Program-made: the position numbers and the translations under genes
In this document: positions 39,355-54,829 of the stretch, one piece after another
Layout of the letters: each line of letters starts with the position of its first letter
Position numbering within the stretch: the first letter of the stretch is position 1
NCBI GenBank assembly: GCA_951406725.2
Contig: OX597814.1
Coordinates: 71,176,001 to 71,240,000, forward strand
From: Octopus vulgaris
Taxonomy: Eukaryota
DNA: 64,000 nt
Direction: 5' to 3'
The notes under the pieces: generated by a model
The model's input: only the letters and a program-made list of their open reading frames with translations
Told to the model about the DNA's origin: nothing
Databases searched by the model: none

Positions 39355-40265
39355 TGTTACGGACCACCCTCAGCTCAGTCGAACGGAGAATTCGCCACAC
39401 AGAGAGGACTCGGTGGGGATGGCAGCGAAGTCGGCGACCGGAGATAACAACAACAACAGCAGCAAGAGATACAGACACAAGGAGAGAAACGGCGGAAGGC
39501 AATTGGCTACATTTAACACTAGTTTATGATAATCATTACAACATCAAATACATTTAAAGAAAACACATGCAAGAAACAGGTATACAACAGATCAAAGCAT
39601 TTAAACATGCAGATACAATAAAACAACAGCATTTAAACAGTACACGTCGAATCAAACAAATAAGTTCGGATCAAATAATGTTCACGATACGTTCAAAGTC
39701 CTTCAAAGTCTTTACAATCTCATTTCTTTAGCACTGTTCTTTATAACACATCAAGTCCTTTACTCAATTCTGTAACAGTTCGTTATAATCTCTTTACATA
39801 ATTCACATATCAACACAATTCACAATGTTCGTTATAATCCCTTTATCCAGCACATCAACTCTTTTACAATTCAACATCAATACAACAATTCACGTTACAA
39901 TTCAACAACACATACTGTTTCAATTTCTAGTTACAACTTCTACTACAATAGCCATGCCTTCCATCCGCCGTAATCCCTCTCTCTCGCTCTACATGTTCCC
40001 AATGCTTATCTGTCTGTCTTCCTCAGCGTTGTCATCCTCTCGCCATCGCCACCTTCTTGGCTGCTGTCTTTTTTGCCAACCGACTGCCTCCTCCGGCCCC
40101 TTTTGCTGTCTCAGGTAGAACTACCTGTTGCCAACTCACTCTGTTCCCGACTGACTCACAGACTCACATCTCCCTGCTTTTTAAGGGGTTTCCTCGAACT
40201 AAGCTCATTACTCCTTCGTGAATCCGACAGAACAATGGATTTATTCCAAAAGTAGGTCGCAACCA
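39355..40265. mobile_element. Possible solo LTR
   Basis: Starts TGTTAC and ends GTCGCAACCA, with LTR-like composition; no TSD or second copy seen. Confidence 0.35.
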
Positions 40266-40322
40266 CTGTCCTTAAATTGAACTCACAACAGTATGCATAT
40301 ATATAGAGAGAGAGAGAGAGAC

Positions 40323-40408
<86 letters not shown>

Positions 40409-40459
40409 AACTTACTTGGAAGGGGAAGCGTGGCGTTCAATCATATAATAATATAAATA

Positions 40460-40575
<116 letters not shown>

Positions 40576-40579
40576 GTAT

Positions 40580-41186
40580 ATAATACAATTTTACTGAACC
40601 ATCAGTTTTTTTATATACTAGACCACTGGTGTAAAATCGATGTTAATTAAATTAATATCTAATTTCTCACCCTCATTTTAAATTTAAATTTAAATTAATA
40701 CGTTCTCTAACCGACAAAGGCCACTGCAGTAAAGTATTATCTGCAGCATCAGTTTTTCTGGTAATTTAGCACGCCAAAACGAGGACATTTGAAATAGTAA
40801 CCACGAGTGTAATGGGTAGAACTGTTTACAGATCTGACTTTGTGCGGACGTTCTAGTATGCAGTCCTGCAAATTATATTCATCAGGACGTAATATGTTAA
40901 TAGTGAAACATGTATGCGAATAATCCATATTTCTATTGCTTTTACTTTTGTCTTGCTCGATTACGTTTTGGTTGTTTTGTTAAATTTTTCTTGAGAACAT
41001 TTCTTATTGGTAAGACCATAGTGGATTTATTTCTAGCATGAGGGTGTCCACATAGTGGTTTCCCTCTAATATGTATATAATACAATTTTACTGAATCTTC
41101 ATTTTTTTTATATGCAAGACCACTGGTGTAAAATCGATGTTAATTAAATTAATATTTAATAATTAAATTTCTTACCCTCATTTTAA

Positions 41187-41190
<4 letters not shown>
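40580..41190 (+). mobile_element. PLE-like pseudo-LTR tandem (about 497-bp period) with a decayed HHR
   Basis: 40580-40690 is repeated at about 41077-41190. TTTGTG-CGGACGT...GAAA-CATG-TA-TGCGAA at about 40840-40920. Confidence 0.5.
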
Positions 41191-41264
<74 letters not shown>

Positions 41265-41317
41265 GTATGTATATATAGTTCGATTTGATATGTATGTATA
41301 TATAGTTCTCATTTTAA

Positions 41318-41403
<86 letters not shown>

Positions 41404-41729
41404 GTATGTATATATAGTTCGATTTGAATGTATGTATAAAACCCCACTAGAATGGGAGAAAGCGCTAATATATGATATATAATATAAGTTATATGATGTA
41501 TAAAAACATGTAATATACAAATAAATATCTGTAAATATAAAACCATCCGAATTTCTGAGTACCTCATTTCTTCTAATATAAAATACCTGTACATCATCTC
41601 CACATATGCAAATGTGGGCACAGGACGTCACGAAACGTGTACAACAAAAAATACGAAGTACGAGTACATGGAATATGAACTATTTTTTCGAACAACGAAA
41701 GACGCATATGTATATATATTTTCGTATAG

Positions 41730-42722
41730 ATGTTCTTCTATGACGTGTACCCATATAAGTGCATGCGTCTGTGGTCGTGTGTGTATGTGTGTGTATGTGT
41801 GTGTGTGTGTGTCATTGTTCTTAGTCGCACTATTAGCCTCCCCTACCTCGCTGCCACTGCTGCTGATCTTGAGCCCGACTTTTTCTTCCGTTTTTGTAAC
41901 TCACTGTATTTGTATGTTCGCCCACGCTGCTGCCATCGTGTTAGTTGTTGTTGTTGCCATTGTTGTTACTGTTGTTGTTGTTGTCGTTATTAGTCGTATT
42001 GTTGATATTGTTGCGGCCATCTGTAAAGTTGATGTGTGTTTGTGTGTGTATGTGGGTTCGCTTGCTATGTTGTTTGTATCCGTGCTCTTCATACAGTTTT
42101 TTCATATCTCTAATTTTTTAAATATTTATCATAGGTATGTGCATATATGTCTATTGTATGTTCAGTCTTTAGTCGTCATGTTGTGTGGTGTGGTGGTGGG
42201 TGTTATTGTTCCATTCTGGTTTTCCATTAAGGCTTTTAGGTAATTTCTGTCTATTGTTATGTGTGTTACCTCTGTGATCTGGCTAAGTGTCGTGTCAGTT
42301 TTATGCGTTGATAATACTTTGACCTCTATGCTATTGATTGAGCTTCTCTGTTCGGATACAAACAACATAGGAAGGAAATACATGTACGGCAACTTCACAG
42401 ACGATATCAACAAGACGACTAACAACAACAACAGCAACAGCAGTAGCAACAATGGCAACAACAACAACTACCACGATTATAGCAGCGTGAGCGAACACAC
42501 AAACACAGTGAGTTACAAGAACGGTACAAAAAGTCGAGTTCAAGGCCAGCAGCATCGGCAACGAGGTAGAGGACAGGGCTGAGGAGAGGCTCATAGTGCT
42601 ACTAAGAACAATCACACACGCGCACGCACACATACACACACACACACACACACACAAACACACACATGTACACACACGAACACAGACCATGCGCTTATAA
42701 AGATACACATCATAGAAGAACA
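41730..42722. repeat. Diverged long inverted repeat (arms of about 350 bp)
   Basis: 41730-42082 is approximately the reverse complement of 42353-42722, e.g. TTGTAACTCACTGT/ACAGTGAGTTACAA and CTATGTTGTTTGTATCCG/CGGATACAAACAACATAG. Confidence 0.85.
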
Positions 42723-42844
42723 GAATGGAATAAGCAGAGCAATAGCACACATGAAAACGGAAAGTGTGACGAAAGATTTCCGGACAATGGAGATAAGAAC
42801 AGTAATAAACGAGTAAAGAACAAATATATAGTGTGTGTGTTTAT

Positions 42845-43051
42845 TTCACAAAAGAATGACCGTCCCGAAATACAATACGATGCTGGTATGTTTACGTCCC
42901 CGTAACTTAGCGGTTCGGCAAAAAGAGAACGATAGAATGAGTACTAGGCTTACAAAGAATAAGTCCTTGGGTCGATTTGCTATACTAAAAGGCGGTGCTC
43001 CAGCATGGCTACAGTCAAATGACTTAAACAAGTAAAAGTAAGAGTAAAAGA

Positions 43052-43052
<1 letters not shown>
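42845..43052 (+). mobile_element. Second SINE-like family (3' part)
   Basis: GTAACTTAGCGGTTCGGCAAAAGAG...GGCGGTGCTCCAGCATGGC..CAGTC...(AGTAAA) tail; a fragment also lies at about 24755-24780. Confidence 0.65.
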
Positions 43053-43105
<53 letters not shown>

Positions 43106-43293
43106 GAATATATATGCGTGATATGTACGAGTAGATGTCCCAATTCGTACAATGTTTCTATAAACGCACGAACATATATATATATGAACATAGCTGTTTA
43201 TTAAGAAAGGAATAGGACAAACAAGAGTAATATTTATCCAAAAATCGATAACATATAAATATCAGTTAATAGCGAAATATGATTTATGTATGC

Positions 43294-43353
<60 letters not shown>

Positions 43354-43487
43354 TAATATAAATAATATATATATGCATATATGGGTACAGGACGTCACCA
43401 ACAGTAAACAACATGAAATATGAAAACAAATGAGTTAAATATGCACAAATAATGTGAGAGAAAAGAGGACAAGTAATACAAAGAGTG

Positions 43488-43565
43488 ACTCATCATCAGT
43501 TGTCGGCTGTCTATCTATTCCCCCATTTCGAGCAAATCAACAAATATATAAGTCTTCGAAGACTC
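43488..43565 (-). ncRNA. Decayed second non-circularly permuted HHR
   Basis: Minus strand UAUA u UUGUUG auuu GCUC GAAA UG...CGACAA CUGAUGA U GAGU: same strand order as 1231-1306 but different stem sequences; one extra nucleotide at the cleavage junction. Confidence 0.55.
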
Positions 43566-43942
43566 ATTATGCTCCCATGAATACCAAAATAAAATTTTGA
43601 AGTTATGGAGAGTCAAAGTTAGGAACAAAAACAGGACTGTAGAGACATACAGGGAAATTGAACGAAAACAAACGAAGGTCGTTAGACCTGAACGTGGGGA
43701 AAACAGTGAACGCTGAGAGAAGTATTTTCTTTGAAAAGAGAAAAAATAGAAGAGAGGGATAGGAGACGTCCGTGCAGGAAAGAAAGATGGTCACGCGAGG
43801 AAAAGAAAGATGGACGATGATCACGTGTGTGTAACGAGAGAGAGAAAAGAGAAAGGGGGAGAGCGAGAGGCAGATGGAAAATGGTGAAAGGGAGAAAAGG
43901 GAATCAGAGAGGACAGGGGAGAAAACAGTTTAATGTATGTAT

Positions 43943-44292
43943 GTCATCATTCAGGTTTATTTTAAGATTTCTTGCCAAGAGAAAGAGCTGGTTTCTAACC
44001 TAAATCCAAGGCTCCTTCATTAGAATTTCAACATCAAAAACAGGGTATTTTTTGTATGTATGTATGTATATATGTGTATGCATGTAAGTATGTATGTATG
44101 TCATTATTAAGTTTATTTCAAGATTTTTTGCCAATAGAGAAAGAACCGGTTGAAGGGCTTCTAGCATACATGAGTGGGGAACAGATTCAAAGGCTTTCTT
44201 ATAATCTAGCCACATTGAAACAAGGTTCCTCCTATGCTCTCGCACCTCTGACATCACAGTTTTGTTGGTTAGCAATTGCTCGGCACCTCGCC
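43943..44292 (-). mobile_element. Fragments of the (TACA)n-associated RLE LINE
   Basis: EQLLTNKTVM..WLDYKKAFESVPHS RT piece plus two 3' ends, separated by TATG repeats. Confidence 0.7.
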
Positions 44293-44519
44293 ATGTGTAT
44301 GTATGCATGCATGTATGTATTTATGTATGTATGTATGTATGTATGTATGTATGTATGTATGTATGTATGTATGTATGTATGTATGTATGTATCAAGTTTA
44401 ACAGTATCCAGACAGAGAATAATATATCTGTAGAAACATTCAGTGGAAGTTTCATTATCAAACTGTATGATCAAAAGAGGACACAACAAAACCTTAAATT
44501 AGCGAACGGCCGCTGACAA

Positions 44520-45110
44520 TTTAAGATGTCCTAAAGTTTTTAAAGGCGAAAGTCACTGATGTGAGACGTATAACAGCAAATCTCCGGTTGATCTGACTCT
44601 ACGGAAACTAAACAAATAGTTACTGGGGTGAGAGAGATTCAAGATGATAACTGACGTGATTGTTTGTCTCTTTATTAATTTTGTGATATTCAACGTGAGG
44701 ACAATGGCTGGGCAGTTGGTAGCTTCAGAGACAGGCCTGCTTGGAGATGAGTCATACTTCCATAGATTGAAATAGATCGATGGAAATAATGGGAGGGAGA
44801 GAGAGGGAAGAAAAGTGAGAGAGGGAAGGAGGGAGAGAGGGGGTGGAGAGAGAGAAAGATGAAAAAGTGAGAGAAGGAGGAGGTATCTATTGCTTGTTAG
44901 AGAAGCTCGGAGGGTTATGATGACAATGGATGATTTTAAAGGAAAATAAAAGGAGTTTTTGAACCTACGTAACAAGAACCCATTATTACTGAAATCCATG
45001 AGACAAAAGCGAGTGGTATGAGTGTAATTGTGTATAGCATGTTTCAAGGAAAGGTTGGCGTATAGTGTAGCCTGGGTTGTAGAGATAAATTACAGATAAA
45101 AGATAAGAGA
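44520..45110 (-). mobile_element. Degenerate non-LTR RT fragment
   Basis: SFRRVRSTGDLLLYVSH resembles the GFR..RST.D RT motif. Confidence 0.4.
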
Positions 45111-45517
45111 TCTGTATCTTAAAAACATTTCTTGTACTTTGCTGAATTTGACTTTCAGATTCCTAGTTTTGTTCAATACACATTTGTTTAACTTCAAATC
45201 CGCTGTTGTTACTGTTGTTTTTGTTGTTGTCGAGCAAACTATGGCAGACTACTGCACCTATATCTAATGAAGTAACCCCTACTTGATTTGCATTTAATTA
45301 CTCAGAAATTTGCATTAAAATCGCTTCAGTCTCAAATTTCAGCCTCTTCCCTCTGCCTTTTCTATTGCTACTATAATGGTCTTTGTTTTTCACAGTTAGC
45401 TGGTCTTATATCTCCTCGAGTGTGCTGAGAGGTGAGGGGAGATGGTAAACATATCGGAAAAGAGAATTTGGGGCATTTTTTGCAGAATGGTAATTTCAGG
45501 TGTTTGGAACACAGGAA

Positions 45518-46013
45518 GGATCTTTTCGGTTTGAACGGCAGTTTTTTCTAGCGGTGTCATATGAAATTGTCACCCATAATTATGACCCTAGTATCGATAT
45601 ATTGCATTTCAATCTATTTTAGGGTTAGGGTTAGTTGGGGTTAGTTAGGGTTAGTTAGGGTTAGGGTTAGGGTTAGGGTTAGGGGTCGGGGAAGGGTATC
45701 TTTTTTTCTTCACAAATGTAAATAAACCCAATCTGTTTCTTAAACGAGGGACATATTCATGCGGCACAGAATGTTTTTTACCTCAATACACGTCAGTGAT
45801 TGGTTGAGATTGCAGAAATTGAAGAAAAAACAACAACAAATATCTTACAAACCATAGAATTTTCTCAATAAAGCCAAGAGAAAAAAATGTTTTATAAACA
45901 CATTCTACCAGTATACGAAGTTCAAAATTTTTTAGTTACCTAGAAATTATGTTAAAAACTGCCGTTCAAACCGAAAATTATGTTAAAAACTGCCGTTCAA
46001 ACCGAAAAGATCC
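45518..46013. mobile_element. MITE with GG-starting TIRs, 8-bp TSD and internal TTAGGG repeats (Merlin-like)
   Basis: TIR GGATCTTTTCGGTTTGAACGGCAGTTTTT; perfect TSD CACAGGAA at 45510-45517 and 46014-46021; TTAGGG-like array 45619-45684. Superfamily assignment is inference. Confidence 0.85.
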
Positions 46014-46029
46014 CACAGGAATACTAGAG

Positions 46030-46865
46030 TTTTGATACCTATTATCTTGTTTTGTTTTTTTTTTTGCACTGAGCTCTGTTTTTAAGTATTACTCTAACTC
46101 GTCTATAATATTCCTTCCTTAACTTTGCTTTCATTTGCGTGTGTTGTACCGTATGTAGTTCATTGATTCCCTAGTATCTGTATGACTAGGTTTGGAAAAA
46201 ATCTCTTATTTCACTTTCTTTATCTAGTGTGATATTTTTACTCTTAGCTAGTTTTCCTCTTTTCAGGGTTGCTTTGGCACATTTTTCTAAACCGAATTTC
46301 ATATTTATTTCTTTGGTAAATCCATGCACTCTCTGTAGTAATGTTTCCAGTTGTTTATCATTTGCAGCATACAGTTTTAGATCATCCATGGCTGGTTGTT
46401 TTACGGTGGCAGTTGTATCTACATCCTGTTCAGTTTTGCATGTCAGTGCCAGGCAGAAAAGGAGTAGAGAGTGGGAGTCTCCTTGGAATATTCCTCTTCT
46501 AATGGGGATGGCTTTAGTCTGGTGCTGCAGCACTGTTTGCCATTTATTCATGGCATGTCATATATTTTATTATTGTTGGTGCTACCTTGTTCATAGTGTT
46601 TCTAAGATCCATGTGTGGATGATACTAAGCTGTCCATGCTTAGGCCCTTCTTTATCTTTTGGCAGTCTTTAGTTATGGCTTTGTTGATCAATAACTGATC
46701 TTTACAGCTATATCAGCCTTTGCAGCACCCCTTCTGCTTTTCTGGAAACAAGTTGTTTTCTTCTAGACGTTAGGCCATCTTTTGAGATATTATTGAGGTT
46801 AATGTCTTGGGAGTTGTAGGGAAACTTGTTATGGGTTTGTAGTTTTTTGGGTTTGTAGTTTCAGT
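46030..46865 (-). mobile_element. R4/Dong-like RT fragment (same family as 18949-20340)
   Basis: NYKPIT; RRGIFQGDS; MDDLKLYA; MKFGLEKCAKATLKRGKL; abuts a TAA/TAC array. Confidence 0.82.
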
Positions 46866-46921
46866 GGATGTATTATTATTATCATCATCATTATCATCAT
46901 CATCATCATCATCATCACCAC

Positions 46922-50655
<3,734 letters not shown>

Positions 50656-50980
50656 TCTCTTCCTCTTTTTATTTGTATATACACGTGCACATGTATGTAC
50701 ATACACATATATATAAATAACGTGCTCGCATTGTGTCGCCTCCATAACAACAGTATTTTCATTACCATCATTGTTCTACCTATATCATTTTAAATTACCA
50801 ATAATAATATGGGTCCCGGTATATTGCAGCATATTTTCGTCACTATTTATCAAATATTCGTCAAGCGTCCTCCTTTCACTCCTTATACAATGGTCTATAC
50901 TAATTAGTCCTCTCCCAGCATTCTTTCTTTTCATATGCAGTCTGTTTATGTTTGCAGTTAACATTTATTATCATTATTAT

Positions 50981-51075
<95 letters not shown>

Positions 51076-52090
51076 TTTCCATTTATTATTAAAAGGTATT
51101 ATTAAATGTTGTTTAGTTTCGAATTTTGTCTTGTGTTTGAGATAATCATAAATATCTGAGTGTTGAAGGGAATAGTTGGAGGAAGAGTTGTTACTTGGTG
51201 CATAGACCAAATTGTACAGGTCTGTAAATAGATTCGGCATATGGTGAGGAGTTCAGCAATGGACATTCCTGTGCGATAAGGAGACGAGGTTTTACGCCCT
51301 TTGGGTCAGCAGAGGTCAAATGTGTTTACTGCAACTAGCGATCAATGAGAGTGCTGAACTTGGCCTTGGAAAGTAGTAATTCACTTTGTTTTATTTTTAA
51401 TTAGTGATAGAAAAATTAATATTATATATACTGATGGTCACATCGTTGAATTTTTGAATTTCTGAATTTTCTTGTTTTTTTTTCTTCCTTTTCTTTTTAT
51501 AAGTTTTGCTGTTATTTACAGTTTTTGTAATTGCGCAGTTTGTATATATTGGCAAGTGCTTACCTCCTTAATTAAAAAAATTCTGTTTTTTCGTACATTT
51601 GCGTTGTTGCAATAAAAGGTATGTTTATATATTCGGGTAGTCAGGGAGAAAAAGAACGATAAAATTTTCACACAAAATTTTAGATAATAATGTTTTTAAG
51701 TTTTCTAGAAATATTCGTTTGTATGTCCAATTACAGAAGGAGAGTAAAATTTTTACAGAAAGTTGTAGATATTAAAGTCTTAAGATTTACTAAAGATGGT
51801 CTTTTGTATGTCCGCACAGAGAAAACTGTAGTGTTCTTAAAATAAAAAGGATGTTTAAATTTTCGAATATTCAGGGAGAAAGGAAAGGATAGGTATTCGC
51901 AGAAGTTGTAGATATTAAAGCTTTTAAAGCTGATCGTTTGCATGTTCGAAAACTGTAGATATGTAAGCTTCTTAACTTATTTTGATGAAAATTTAAAATA
52001 CTCAAAGGAAATCGTAGATATTCCTGTCTTTGAGAGTTATTTTTCCGTTGTCCTGCTGGGTTATATTAGTGTTTCTGTGTCTTCTGCTGA

Positions 52091-52169
<79 letters not shown>

Positions 52170-52199
52170 GCACAGCTTCTAACGCTGGAGATGTACTAC

Positions 52200-53310
52200 G
52201 GTGCCAGCTGTTCACTACCAGTGAACTAAGATAACACCCCTTATTTTTCGAGCGGTTCCAAGGAGTGCTGTTTTCTGCAAGTGTTCCACTCTTATTGCAG
52301 CCCCTATTTGTTCCATGTTTTTCTCAAGAATTTTACTAATTGTTCCCAGGGATCCGACAATTATTGATACTATTACCACCATTTTTAGCGACCACAACTG
52401 CTTAACCTCTCACGCTAACCTGTTATATCTATCGACTTTTCTTTCTTCCTTATCGCATACCTTGTTATCAGCTAGGCATGCTATATCTATGATCCAGCAT
52501 CATTTGCATTCTTTCTCAATTAACACTATGGCTGACTTCCTAGTCTCTAACTCATGGTTGCACTGAATCATAAAATCCCATTGTAACTTTGCATTATCAT
52601 TTTCGATGATGATGACTTCGTCCCACTTTTTTAATCTGTCAAGTTCATACTTGTTGCAGAGTGTCCAATGGATAATCCTTGCTATATTGTCATGACGTCA
52701 CTTATATTCTCTCTGGGCTAGTGGCGCACAAGGACTGGTAATATGCCATACGGTTTCACCATTTTGTCCACAGATTCTCTTATCACTTTCTGATGTGTTG
52801 TCTATTCTGTATTTGATGTAATTCGTTCTTTTAGTCATCCATAGCTATCTTTTTTTTCTGTCTGTCTATCTTCAACATCCCTATGAAATTGTCCATGCAT
52901 TCTTTTCTTTTTCCACCTATTTTCAGTTTCATTCCTTCTCACATGCTTGTACAGTGCTTTATCTTTGTAATGTTCCATCGTACACAAGTCTGACCTTCTT
53001 GCTTCCAATAATAGTGGTTCTGTAGCATTTTTTACATAGCATGCTATGTTGTTTTCTTTTGTTCTAATGCTTTGTTCGCATCCAATCAGTCCTCTTCCCC
53101 CTCTTTTTCTTGGTACATACGGTCTGTCTGTATCACTTTTTGGGTGGAGTATCCCATATCTAGTCAGCAACTCTCTTGTCTTTCTGGCTAAGCTGTTTAG
53201 TTCGTCTACTGTCCATGCGATTACCCCTGCTCTATATCTAAGGAGTGAAACCGCCCAGGTGTTGATAGCTTCAATATTATTCCATCCGTTTAATTTCGGC
53301 TTAATGATCA
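52200..53310 (-). mobile_element. R4/Dong-like 3' fragment flanked by TAA-type repeats
   Basis: AINTWAVSLLRY..RGGRGL..MHGQF; IIVGSLG..LQKTALLGTARKIR. Confidence 0.82.
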
Positions 53311-53599
53311 CTTATTACTATTGTCATCATCGTCATCATCATCATCATCATTATTATTATTATTACTGTTGTTGTTGTTGTTATTGCTATTTTGTAAAGT
53401 CTTCTTTTTATTGGAATGTAGATTGGAATGTAAACAAAAGAATATCAAGTAAGAACGGGAAACAACCAAGGAAAAGCAAAAATAATCAGTCGTATTGCTA
53501 AGTGCCCAGCGAAAAAAACTGTTTAATCTGGCATCGGATCGAGTAGCATAATATTTGCTGGATGTCTCATGTCGCATGATACATTATTAAATAAGCAGT

Positions 53600-53675
<76 letters not shown>

Positions 53676-54020
53676 ATAGAAGGATGGCATTTCATTCTTC
53701 TACGTGCCTCTATTATCGCTTTAAAAACAGCTGGAATCAAGGAAGTAGTGTAGGAATTTCGGAAGTACAATTCACAACTATATTCTATTTAATCATTTGA
53801 ATAATAAATGCCACACTCAGTTTCCTTTCGACAAATATATTAACATCTTCACTGGCAGATTTTCTGGAAATGCTTATATACTCTCCCTAAAAACGTGTGG
53901 TTATAAACCAATATCATAGATTCATATATGGTACATATCGGACTCGAAATCTCGAAATTCTTTCATTTACTTTTCATTAAAACCTCAAACTTGAAACCAT
54001 ATAAAATACTAACAGTACTT

Positions 54021-54070
<50 letters not shown>

Positions 54071-54532
54071 TAATGTATGTATATAAGTATCTATGAATGA
54101 ATGAATGAATGAGTGAATGAATGAATATGTTTTACTTAGGGGTTAAGTTTTTTCTTTTGCCGAATTCAAGTCGGTCACTAACAAAGCCGGATAGCTCCCT
54201 TGTCTAAGTCGAGACCTCTTGTGGTTTACGGATGTCTGAGTTTATCGATGTGTGTGTGTGTATGTATGTGTGTGTACTTGTGTGGATAAATTTCCGCTCA
54301 TGTTCTGGGTGTACGTGTATAAGTCTGTGTACGTGTGTGCTTCATTGCAGTTTATATAGGTGTATACCAGCGAGTATATTCCATATCAACATGTGACTGT
54401 TCAAATATCCGTACACATTAATGTATGTATGTATGTATGTATGTATGTATGTATGTATGTATGTATGTATGTATGTATGTATGTTTGTATGTATGTATGT
54501 ACGTACGTACGTATGTATGTATATATGTATGT

Positions 54533-54726
54533 AAGGTCACTTTTGAGTGCTACTGGTAACATGTAACCCAATACAACCTGTTGCATGGTCGGGTCGTCGG
54601 CGACTAAACCGGCAACCGCACCAAGCTTACTTGGTGAGGAGGGTGTTTATTGGACACCCTGCGGGATGAAAAACAAAACCCGTCAAAGGGCGGAGGAACT
54701 CTTGAGAGTCAACGGCCATCCAATAA

Positions 54727-54730
<4 letters not shown>
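54533..54730 (+). mobile_element. Isolated 5' leader of the RTE family at 5041
   Basis: Closely similar to 5042-5243; same start (GGTCAC) after (ATGT)n. Confidence 0.9.
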
Positions 54731-54797
<67 letters not shown>

Positions 54798-54829
54798 ATC
54801 TTTTCTCTTGTGAAAGAAAATATTTAATT

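Noticed and set aside
41178-41430. Duplicated composite (AT)n(GTAT)n unit
   Set aside because: Simple slippage or an assembly artefact; no functional signal.
45619-45684. Telomere or chromosome-fusion relic
   Set aside because: Short, degenerate, and inside a TIR/TSD-bounded MITE.
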